A stretch of 43,881 nucleotides of DNA from a virus: the IMG/VR virus record IMGVR_UViG_3300033149_002206; one strand, given 5' to 3'. This document shows, one piece after another, positions 8,100-14,944 of the stretch. The first letter of the stretch is position 1, and every line of letters starts with the position of its first letter. The translations under genes and the position numbers were made by a program. The notes under the pieces are model-generated. The model was not told the DNA's origin. It did not search any database and worked only from the letters and a program-made list of their open reading frames with translations.

Positions 8100-8615
8100 T
8101 CAAGCTCCAGCTAATTTCACATTATAGCTCCTGGCTATATCTGCCAGCGCCCTGCGCTCAGCTTCTGACATTTTAGGCGCAGAGATGTCTTTTGTCTTTA
8201 CAGTTTGAGTGTGAAGGCCGGTAATAGCGTTTTTCTCACGTATAGCGGCCGTTAAGGCCTGATTTGCCTGGACGTTGCCTTTATTAGCAAGCGGACGGAG
8301 ATTGTTAATCACCATATCGAGCTCGGCGATGGCCTTGTCATAGTTATAATCGGCTTTTTTACGTCTTAAGGCCTGTTTTTCGGCGATTTCGGCCATTATA
8401 TAAGGTTTGTTCAGGTTTTCATTCGCAATAACTCCAGCTGTTTTTTTAGAATACCCTGCCATAATTGCTGCTTGCAAGCCGTTATTATAGCCTTTACCTC
8501 CGACATCTGTATAATAATCTACAAATGCTTGTTGCTTTGCGGTTAGTTTATTTTTAGCAACATTTACCTTTTTGGTGTTGATATTTTGCAACGTATTGTC
8601 ATCTTGTTTGTTCAT
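8100..8615 (-). CDS. terS: Terminase small subunit (P27/Terminase_2-like)
   Basis: LTAKQQAFVDYY...NGLQAAIMAGYSKKTAGVIANENLNKPYI is the typical N-terminal HTH of this family. Confidence 0.75.
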   Translation of the reverse strand: MNKQDDNTLQNINTKKVNVAKNKLTAKQQAFVDYYTDVGGKGYNNGLQAAIMAGYSKKTAGVIANENLNKPYIMAEIAEKQALRRKKADYNYDKAIAELDMVINNLRPLANKGNVQANQALTAAIREKNAITGLHTQTVKTKDISAPKMSEAERRALADIARSYNVKLAGA

Positions 8616-8668
8616 AAGGATTTACGTAAATTTTACTATTCAATCTGTTTGTTAGGTGTTTATATTTA

Positions 8669-8697
8669 TTGACTTGTTGTTACAAATAGCCTATTTT
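8669..8697 (+). promoter_or_regulatory. Candidate sigma70-type early promoter
   Basis: TTGACT (8669-8674), 17-nt spacer, TATTTT (8692-8697), in the divergent region between the late and early arms. Confidence 0.4.
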
Positions 8698-8840
8698 ATC
8701 ATTTATTTGTTTTTCCTGATTTTTAGCCTATTATCAAGGTTTTTGAAGTTTTTTTTGTTTTTTTCTGGGTTTGGCCTAAAGGTTGCTCTTTATATTGCCG
8801 ATGGCAAAAATTATTAACTTTTAATTGAAAGGGTTTGAAA

Positions 8841-9053
8841 ATGAAGCTACTAAAAGCAACAAACAAGGATGGGTATCACAAACGTTTATATCTAACTTAT
8901 AACGACGATTACATCAAGCATCAAGTTCACACCTACATTAAAACTAATGATAACTGGTCGACCGTTTTTATCCAAACGTTCTATAACGGCAAGCCAACGC
9001 CACAAATAATTTTCGGCAAAGAAGCGTTGCGGTCGCTTATGGAATTTGTGTAA
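8841..9053 (+). CDS. Hypothetical early protein
   Basis: 70 aa from ATG 8841. The 20-bp upstream box TTGAAAGGGTTTGAAAATGA is shared with the next gene. Confidence 0.55.
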   Translation: MKLLKATNKDGYHKRLYLTYNDDYIKHQVHTYIKTNDNWSTVFIQTFYNGKPTPQIIFGKEALRSLMEFV

Positions 9054-9123
9054 TTTTTCAAGTCCTGAGCAAGACTATAAACTGCTCGACGCAATTATAG
9101 CTTTATTTTGAAAGGGTTTGAAA

Positions 9124-9429
9124 ATGACTTATACAGAACAATGTAAACTAAACCGAATCGTGGAGCAAGGTGAAATTGTGGCGGTGCTTCGCAATAATGG
9201 CAATGAGGCTCGCATTTATGCAGTGGAGGAAAGCCGAGGTTATCAAACACAATACCAACTTAAGAGGTTCTTTTACTTTGTGCCTTTGAACAATCTCGGT
9301 ATTCCGATTTATTATCAAGGCATCACAAAAGACTGTCGGCGGCACGACTTTGCAAACCGTTGCAAAACTCAAGGTACAACTGTTAAAATTGTCAATTCGA
9401 ATTTATTTAATGAGTGGCTAAAAAGATAA
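9124..9429 (+). CDS. Hypothetical early protein
   Basis: 101 aa from ATG 9124, with the same 20-bp translation-initiation box as 8841. Confidence 0.55.
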   Translation: MTYTEQCKLNRIVEQGEIVAVLRNNGNEARIYAVEESRGYQTQYQLKRFFYFVPLNNLGIPIYYQGITKDCRRHDFANRCKTQGTTVKIVNSNLFNEWLKR

Positions 9430-9562
9430 ACGACGGCACAAATACATAAAGAATCCTCAAAGCAGGATTAACAACTAAAACCTAAAGCCGTCAAGGGTTC
9501 AGCCAGCACCCAAAAGCTGGCAAGCAATTATAACTTTATTAACTTATTTAAGGAGAGTAACA

Positions 9563-9769
9563 ATGTGGCGCAAAACAAAAGATGCGGTATTCGGTGATAT
9601 TGTGTACTTGCTCGATGATACATCGTGGAGTATTCGCAAGAACGGACGAGCCGGACGAGAATACAGAGTAATTTATGCCGGCAACGCTATCCAAGACTTC
9701 CGCACACTAAAAGAAGCCAAAAAGACAGTAGAACACAATCAGCAAGAAAATTACTGTCCGCTGGTATAA
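9563..9769 (+). CDS. Hypothetical early protein
   Basis: 68 aa, SD AAGGAGAG. Confidence 0.55.
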   Translation: MWRKTKDAVFGDIVYLLDDTSWSIRKNGRAGREYRVIYAGNAIQDFRTLKEAKKTVEHNQQENYCPLV

Positions 9770-9800
9770 AACTACAAACTTTATTCAAGGAGAGTAAAAA

Positions 9801-10175
9801 ATGTTCACGCAAAATCAAAAAATAAACATTGTTTCCAAGTTACTAAAAGAGCTTGGGATGACCGCAGCCAGTAAAGACTGCAACAAAACAAACTATTTAA
9901 CTTATGCTAAATGGATTGTGCGGGATTTGTGCCAGCACTGTATACACGCAAAAGCGCTTGACCCAAAAGATAATCCAGAAATCGACATCAACTGCGACAA
10001 AATCGCATTAGTTACAAAGATATATGCAATGTTGGCCGCTCAAGGCCTGCTACCAGAAAATCCTGATTTGCTCTACAAATATCTTGGCATACAGTTAAAT
10101 CACTTTCGGGAAATGGGCTATAATGTCAAGGCTGAACATTACTTTTGGGATACCAAAGTAGCAGAGCTTATTTAG
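9801..10175 (+). CDS. Hypothetical early protein
   Basis: 124 aa, SD AAGGAGAG. Confidence 0.55.
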   Translation: MFTQNQKINIVSKLLKELGMTAASKDCNKTNYLTYAKWIVRDLCQHCIHAKALDPKDNPEIDINCDKIALVTKIYAMLAAQGLLPENPDLLYKYLGIQLNHFREMGYNVKAEHYFWDTKVAELI

Positions 10176-10312
10176 GCGTATAAAACTATGCCTGACAACG
10201 ATTTAGGCTCTTATATCGGCTCTGACAAAGCCGATTTTGAGCAAAACTGTCAAAAATTGATAAGATGAGGAAAATAATAGTGGAAACTTTTATCCAGAAA
10301 GCGAGGTAAAAA

Positions 10313-10879
10313 ATGATTGAAATAACACAAACAGAAGGCTGGTTTGAAACGTTTCATTTCCCTACTGCTGCAATATCAAAAGAAAAGCATAGACGCAACC
10401 TTCAATATCTTTTAGTTAAAGAAGACGCTGTTATTGCAACAGACGGCCGCAGATTGCATATTGCACACAGCCGACATCCTGTCGAACCAGGATTCTATGA
10501 AGTTGTCAAAAGAACCAAATCTAAAGTGATTATAGTCAAAAGCAACAGCGACATCTCATATCCCAAATATGAGAATGTAATTCCACACCATCAAAATATA
10601 ATTATTGACTATAATCGGGACTATTACATTGCCGAGTCTGTGATGTGCGTATTAGGCAAAGTCAATATAATGCTCGAATACGCCTTTTTGCAACCATTAG
10701 CCGAGATTGATACAAATTGGACGATTTACTATGGTAATCCAGACCAGCCAGTAAGGTTTATCACGCCCTACAACAGCTATACAAAACGATGGCTTGAGGC
10801 AGTGATAATGCCAATAGATAATAATTTAGCACAGGCACAATTTATTACGAAAGCACAACATAAACGGTCAATAGCATAA
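10313..10879 (+). CDS. DnaN (DNA polymerase III beta sliding clamp)-like protein, truncated to 188 aa
   Basis: VIATDGRRLHIA matches E. coli VATDGHRLAV. ISYPKYENVIPHH matches GRFPDYRRVLPKN. C-terminal EAVIMPI matches YVVMPMRL. Confidence 0.55.
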   Translation: MIEITQTEGWFETFHFPTAAISKEKHRRNLQYLLVKEDAVIATDGRRLHIAHSRHPVEPGFYEVVKRTKSKVIIVKSNSDISYPKYENVIPHHQNIIIDYNRDYYIAESVMCVLGKVNIMLEYAFLQPLAEIDTNWTIYYGNPDQPVRFITPYNSYTKRWLEAVIMPIDNNLAQAQFITKAQHKRSIA

Positions 10880-10895
10880 GAAAGCGAGGTTAATA

Positions 10896-11081
10896 ATGTT
10901 AGCCAAAGCAAAATCACGGCTTCTTGACGCAGAATTTCTCGTAAAATACTGGGAAAACGAGCTTAAGCAGGCCGAAACAAGAAGCAGAAACGAGAATTTA
11001 AGGGTCGCTCAAAGGCAGCTAAAGATTGCCAAGGGCGATGTTAAACTGTTAGAAGCAATACTTTTAGGAGCTGAACAATGA
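10896..11081 (+). CDS. Coiled-coil small protein
   Basis: 61 aa, SD GAGGT; ATGA overlap with the next ORF. Confidence 0.5.
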   Translation: MLAKAKSRLLDAEFLVKYWENELKQAETRSRNENLRVAQRQLKIAKGDVKLLEAILLGAEQ

Positions 11082-11236
11082 AAAATGTAGCTGAAAAAAT
11101 TGTTGTTATGGTGCTGGCTTTCTTGATTGTTATGACGTTTATGATAGCCCTGCAGGGCTGCTCGACAATCAGAGGAGCTTGCCAGGACGGCGCTTATCTG
11201 TTAAATACCGCTGCCGAGAACATCCAGACGCAATAA
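11078..11236 (+). CDS. Entericidin-like small lipoprotein (52 aa)
   Basis: MKNVAEKIVVMVLAFLIVMTFMIALQGCSTIRGACQDGAYLLNTAAENIQTQ: signal peptide, lipobox-like LQGC, and a mature part resembling EcnA/B (C-N/S-T-x-RG-x-G-x-D...). Below the ORF-track cutoff. Confidence 0.5.
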   Translation: MKNVAEKIVVMVLAFLIVMTFMIALQGCSTIRGACQDGAYLLNTAAENIQTQ

Positions 11237-11242
11237 GCACAC

Positions 11243-11266
11243 AGGGGTGGAAACACCCCTTTTTTC
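11243..11266 (+). terminator. Rho-independent terminator
   Basis: AGGGGTG-GAAA-CACCCCT followed by TTTTT. Confidence 0.8.
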
Positions 11267-11399
11267 AGCATATTTTAAGGTTATCGGACAAAGCAGGAGC
11301 TTAACGCAGTGTGGAAAATTGAAGTTACAGACAAATCTACCAGAGAAGAAATCGCTCAAGCTATTAGAGTATTAAGAAAACTTATAAAAGGACGTAAAA

Positions 11400-11612
11400 A
11401 TGACACAGGGAAAAATCATAAAACTACTTATTCAGGCGCTAAAGGACTGTCAAGAGATAATAACTGTTCAGTATGAACTACACGAAGTATACCAAGATGT
11501 TTTGGGCTGTATTTCAGCTACAAAGAAGATACCTTTACCACCTCCACCAAAACCACCAATTGATATGTTAGATAACTTCATACAAATAGCAGAAACTTGC
11601 GTTGAAAAGTAA
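11400..11612 (+). CDS. Hypothetical protein (PPPPKPP segment)
   Basis: 70-aa ORF with plausible composition. Confidence 0.5.
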   Translation: MTQGKIIKLLIQALKDCQEIITVQYELHEVYQDVLGCISATKKIPLPPPPKPPIDMLDNFIQIAETCVEK

Positions 11613-12098
11613 TTTTTGGGGTATTTTTTCTTTTGGCGCTAATACCTTATTTTCACTTACTTTTCTTAACTCTTACTGTGTCAAATACTTACTGCTTCGC
11701 AATAGATTTGAAGATACCTGCCCCCTGTAAAAGGGGACAGAAATTGTCAAAAACTGCTTACGCAATGAGTTCTCGACACCGCCCACGTATCGCTCGGCAT
11801 AATGTGCAAGATACGTTCCACGCCGGCAGTAAGCTGGGGGTCTGCGCTCTTGGCTTACTGACTTAAAATCTGGCTATACACCAGTGTGCCTCTTCGGCTT
11901 TGGCTTGCTTCACGCCCGTGGAGCCAACGCCACATCGGAATCAGTTGTCTTTATTTGTAAATTAACCGCTTTCAAAAAATAAGCAAGCGTAAAATTATTT
12001 TTTTTAAGAAAGCTCGGCGGGCGCCCGCCAAGCCTATATAAGTTAGCTGCGTCCCTACACTCGGCATTGCACCAAGCAGACTGGCCAGCTCGGTATGA

Positions 12099-12398
12099 TT
12101 AGAACTTGTGGCGTATTTCGTTATCGCAGGGATTAGAGCCGTCTTTTTCGGCGCTGTCGTAAGATGTAACCTCTAAATTTTCCCGTTTGCGCCGAGAAAA
12201 TGATACGTGATGGCGTAGGTGCGCACGTTCAGACTCGACGGGAAATAATTCAGGATGGAATTTATGCCAGAACTTGAGCGATTCTATCACCGTTTCGGGC
12301 GTAGATTCTTGTTCTTCAGCAACCTGTCGAATTCCTTTTCTCTTCTGAACGACTTCACCGAAGACTGTCCAATCCCACTCCGTTGGGATTTTTTCCAT
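12099..12398 (-). CDS. Hypothetical small regulator-like protein, lone minus-strand gene within the plus arm
   Basis: 99 aa, SD AGGAG 9 nt upstream. It is divergent from the 12701 promoter across a repeat-rich AT region. A possible HTH lies around GIRQVAEEQESTPETVIESL. Confidence 0.55.
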   Translation of the reverse strand: MEKIPTEWDWTVFGEVVQKRKGIRQVAEEQESTPETVIESLKFWHKFHPELFPVESERAHLRHHVSFSRRKRENLEVTSYDSAEKDGSNPCDNEIRHKF

Positions 12399-12430
12399 AA
12401 AAAAGAACTCCTACTACTATAGGGGTATGT

Positions 12431-12486
12431 TTTAGCACAAAATTGCTAAAAATAGCAAAAAAATTATAAAAAATAGCAAAAAAATT
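12431..12486. repeat. Phased TAGCA boxes / A-tract direct repeats (iteron- or operator-like)
   Basis: Inverted TTTAGCA-N6-TGCTAAA (12431-12450). It is followed by two perfect 18-bp direct repeats AAAAATAGCAAAAAAATT at 12448-12465 and 12469-12486 (21-bp period). Confidence 0.8.
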
Positions 12487-12700
12487 GTAAAAAAGTCAAA
12501 AATTTTTTACATTTATGGATAAAAATGTATACACTTGTTGATAAGTGTTGATGTTTTTGTACGATTTGAGGTCGCAATTTGAGACCTCATTTTGGGCGGG
12601 ATTTACGTTTGCGAGACGTATGTAGTAAATTTTACTGCAAAGATGTGTAATGTGGACTCCAAATTTTTTTAAAAAAATGGTCAATTGCAAGATTTTCTTC

Positions 12701-12729
12701 TTGACAAATGATTGAAAATATGTTATGGT
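12701..12729 (+). promoter_or_regulatory. Strong sigma70-type promoter
   Basis: TTGACA (12701-12706), 17-nt spacer, TATGGT (12724-12729). Upstream lies the 16-bp AT palindrome ATTTTTTTAAAAAAAT (12663-12678), which is UP-element-like. Confidence 0.65.
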
Positions 12730-12735
12730 GAGTAA

Positions 12736-13075
12736 AAGTTAAGGAGAACACAATATGAGCCGTACAGGAAAACAGAATAAAAGACCCCAGAGGACAGGAA
12801 AGCCCTTTCAAAAATCCTGTACGGCGACCTCTGGGGTTCTTGTTGCAATCATCAAACTCTCCTCCTCAATCGGGCAGGTCTCTCCACACTTTTGTATTCA
12901 AGACAGGACTGGACTTTGGTCTCCCCCAATAGCCTGCCCGAGGGCAACAGCCGCCAGGCGGTCTGGCGGACAACATATAGGGATGGCTGGCAAAAAATCT
13001 ATTTTTCAAATTACCGCCAGCCACGAAAAACGAAAGGGGGTCGATGGCGATATTTCGTCGGCCCCCTATTTTGAG
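12736..13075 (+). ncRNA. Candidate structured RNA (~340 nt), unknown class; alternatively a highly structured mRNA of ORF 12755..13108
   Basis: It has its own promoter and terminator and sampled 60-nt stretches are 53-65% G+C in an AT-rich region. Perfect helices: 12759-12769/12815-12825 (11 bp), 12784-12793/12828-12837 (10 bp), 12870-12878/12933-12941 (9 bp), 12951-12957/12963-12969 (7 bp), 12984-12991/13016-13023 (8 bp). Confidence 0.4.
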
Positions 13076-13108
13076 AAAGCGGAGCTTAACAAAGTATGGA
13101 AAACATAA
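12755..13108 (+). CDS. Hypothetical basic 117-aa protein (coding status doubtful)
   Basis: Good SD AAGGAG 8 nt from the ATG, and the frame stays open through the terminator. However, the composition is atypical (R/S/G/P/C-rich) and the DNA is dominated by long inverted repeats. Confidence 0.35.
   Translation: MSRTGKQNKRPQRTGKPFQKSCTATSGVLVAIIKLSSSIGQVSPHFCIQDRTGLWSPPIACPRATAARRSGGQHIGMAGKKSIFQITASHEKRKGVDGDISSAPYFEKAELNKVWKT
13035..13073 (+). terminator. Rho-independent terminator
   Basis: 12-bp stem 13035-13046/13056-13067 (two G-U pairs), 9-nt loop, then ATTTTG. Confidence 0.65.
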
Positions 13109-13371
13109 AACTTACAATTATTGGTGTAATTATTATTGTGGCTTTTGGTTTTGCCACGAAGCAAGTCTGCTCTTATTTTGGTCAGATTGAGAGTCTTCAG
13201 GCACAGTTAGAGGAAGCCCGAAACTACGTACCGACCATTGAGGAAATCCAGCAAAGATTGTGTAATGCTGGTTATGTTGTAAAGGTAGATGGTATCTGGG
13301 GTAATGAGACTAAAGCAGCCCTGAACCGCTACCATTGTGATAAATATGCAGAGAAATATTTTGGAGAGTAA
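13096..13371 (+). CDS. Membrane-anchored peptidoglycan-binding (PG_binding_1) protein without a catalytic domain
   Basis: N-terminal TM segment LTIIGVIIIVAFGFA. IQQRLCNAGYVVKVDGIWGNETKAALNRY matches the PG_binding_1 consensus. Confidence 0.6.
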   Translation: MENIKLTIIGVIIIVAFGFATKQVCSYFGQIESLQAQLEEARNYVPTIEEIQQRLCNAGYVVKVDGIWGNETKAALNRYHCDKYAEKYFGE

Positions 13372-13374
13372 AAA

Positions 13375-13737
13375 ATGAAACTTATCAGATATAAAGATAA
13401 CGGCGAAGACTGTTACGAAGAAGTGATGGAGGCCTACGAGGTGAAGTGTCAGAACTGCGGGATTATTGTCGATAGAGACGATGCTATCAGGTGTGATTTT
13501 TGCAACAAGGATTATTGTCCACAATGCTTTTATGATGAGGACTCCAAACAGCGGCACGGAGAGAATGTTTTGAATACAGGCTATAACGTTTGTTTTTCCT
13601 GTGCCGAAGAAAATATGGTACAGCTCGTTATATTAGAATTATGGGCTGCAAACGTATATGAAAAGTACAGCCCTAATAAAGACAGAGAATTGGCTGAGGC
13701 ATTTGACAGGGCAAGAAAGGTAGTAAAAAATGGCTAA
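13375..13737 (+). CDS. Cys-rich zinc-finger protein
   Basis: CQNCG...CDFCNKDYCPQC...CFSC. Confidence 0.55.
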   Translation: MKLIRYKDNGEDCYEEVMEAYEVKCQNCGIIVDRDDAIRCDFCNKDYCPQCFYDEDSKQRHGENVLNTGYNVCFSCAEENMVQLVILELWAANVYEKYSPNKDRELAEAFDRARKVVKNG

Positions 13738-13888
13738 AAAAAAGACTCCAACGACCATTCCTGATATGATAGCACTGAACGATAAACATATTAGCGAATT
13801 AATGGTTATAATAAAAAAACTGGCTGAAATAGTCAAAAGACACGATGATAGCATCAAAAAACTTTTAAAGGTGAAAAATGATAATTGA
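13730..13888 (+). CDS. Hypothetical 52-aa protein
   Basis: MAKKKTPTTIPDMIALNDKHISELMVIIKKLAEIVKRHDDSIKKLLKVKNDN. It fills an otherwise uncovered gap. Below the track cutoff. Confidence 0.35.
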   Translation: MAKKKTPTTIPDMIALNDKHISELMVIIKKLAEIVKRHDDSIKKLLKVKNDN

Positions 13889-14111
13889 AACACATAATGT
13901 AGACCGTAATCGTTCCGCCCCAGTCAAACTAATTCAACTGGGAATAGGAATAAACGAAAAAAATGCAATAGTTTTTTTTGTTATTGATAGCTTTGGTATT
14001 GAGGGCAGAATGATGTTAAAGCCAGACCATCTTGACGAGCTTATCTTAATGATAGAGGGGGCTAAAAGAGACTTCAAAGCATTAAAGGATGACGAAAATG
14101 ATAAAGTGTAA
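13878..14111 (+). CDS. Hypothetical protein
   Basis: 77 aa, SD AAAGGTGA. Confidence 0.5.
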   Translation: MIIETHNVDRNRSAPVKLIQLGIGINEKNAIVFFVIDSFGIEGRMMLKPDHLDELILMIEGAKRDFKALKDDENDKV

Positions 14112-14307
14112 AAGAACGTACGGTGCTTATTTATTGGGTCTTATCTTTGAGCGGTGTCGGAACGATTTCAGGATGTTATCGTCCAACTGGACGGCAAGGG
14201 GTGCAGAAGCGGTCATTGAGGACAGATGGGATGGTCAGAGGTATAAATTAACTATCGAGGGACTAAATGAAAGCGAACAAGAAAACACAAGCACACATAG
14301 TATATAA
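14098..14307 (+). CDS. Hypothetical protein
   Basis: 69 aa from ATG 14098 (SD AAGGATG). Overlaps the next gene by 41 nt. Confidence 0.4.
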   Translation: MIKCKRTYGAYLLGLIFERCRNDFRMLSSNWTARGAEAVIEDRWDGQRYKLTIEGLNESEQENTSTHSI

Positions 14308-14944
14308 GCTGTCAGACGGGACAAGAGTGCCTGGTGTAACGACTGTCGTTAATGTTTTAAATAAGCCTGCCCTAATAAACTGGGCAAACAAAATGGGTTT
14401 AGCTGGTATTGAGGTCGGTCGGTACGTAGATAATCTCGCTGATATAGGTACGTTAGCGCACGCTATGGTTGTAGCACACCTTAAAGATGAGACAGTTGAT
14501 ACAGACGATTATTCCAAGAACCAGATTGAACAGGCCGAATGGGCGTGTAAATCTTTCTTCGATTGGATGAAGAGCCACGAGATTGACTTATTATGGGCAG
14601 AACGACCTTTAGTCAGCGAAAACCGTAATTTCGGCGGCACGCCTGATATTTATGCTATTGTCGATGGCGTGAGAGAGTTGATAGATTTAAAGAGCGGTAG
14701 TGGTATTTATGATGAGCATAAAATTCAGGTAGCAGGCGGATACAGTCTGTTGTTAGAGGAACACGAACTATCTTTTGAGAAGGTCAGGATACTCAATATT
14801 CCCCGCACTAATAACGAGAACTGGGCGGAGGTGATTATTGCCAATACAGAATTATTTCAGGATATATTTTTAGCCTGTCTGGACGTTTATAACCTTCAGA
14901 AGAAACTTAAAGGTGAAGTAGTCTATCCGAGGAAACATAAATGA
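14267..14944 (+). CDS. PD-(D/E)XK family nuclease (recombination exonuclease candidate)
   Basis: GTPDIYAIV...ELIDLKSG (D...E-x-K) followed by KIQVAGGY (a QxxxY-like motif). Located upstream of erf. Confidence 0.6.
   Translation: MKANKKTQAHIVYKLSDGTRVPGVTTVVNVLNKPALINWANKMGLAGIEVGRYVDNLADIGTLAHAMVVAHLKDETVDTDDYSKNQIEQAEWACKSFFDWMKSHEIDLLWAERPLVSENRNFGGTPDIYAIVDGVRELIDLKSGSGIYDEHKIQVAGGYSLLLEEHELSFEKVRILNIPRTNNENWAEVIIANTELFQDIFLACLDVYNLQKKLKGEVVYPRKHK

Noticed and set aside
11633-11866. 77-aa plus-strand ORF in the gene-poor region
   Set aside because: It has a non-ATG start (TTG at 11633) and no SD, and its sequence is low-complexity and hydrophobic (LIPYFHLLFLTLTVSNTYCF). It crosses a hairpin and direct repeats. 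I treat the region as non-coding.
12017-12030. Palindrome GGCGGGCGCCCGCC as a terminator for the 99-aa minus-strand gene
   Set aside because: On the minus strand the hairpin has no loop and is followed by GAGCUUUCUUAAAAAAAA rather than a U-run. On the plus strand the T-run precedes the hairpin. I record it as a structural element only.
12496-12690. 64-aa minus-strand ORF in the AT-rich spacer
   Set aside because: It lies entirely in repeat- and palindrome-rich AT DNA with no SD. It reads like a translation of promoter and operator sequence.
12759-12837. Helices A and B forming a single H-type pseudoknot
   Set aside because: Only 2 nt separate A' from B'. That is too short to span an 11-bp stem, so the two perfect helices are more likely mutually exclusive conformers.
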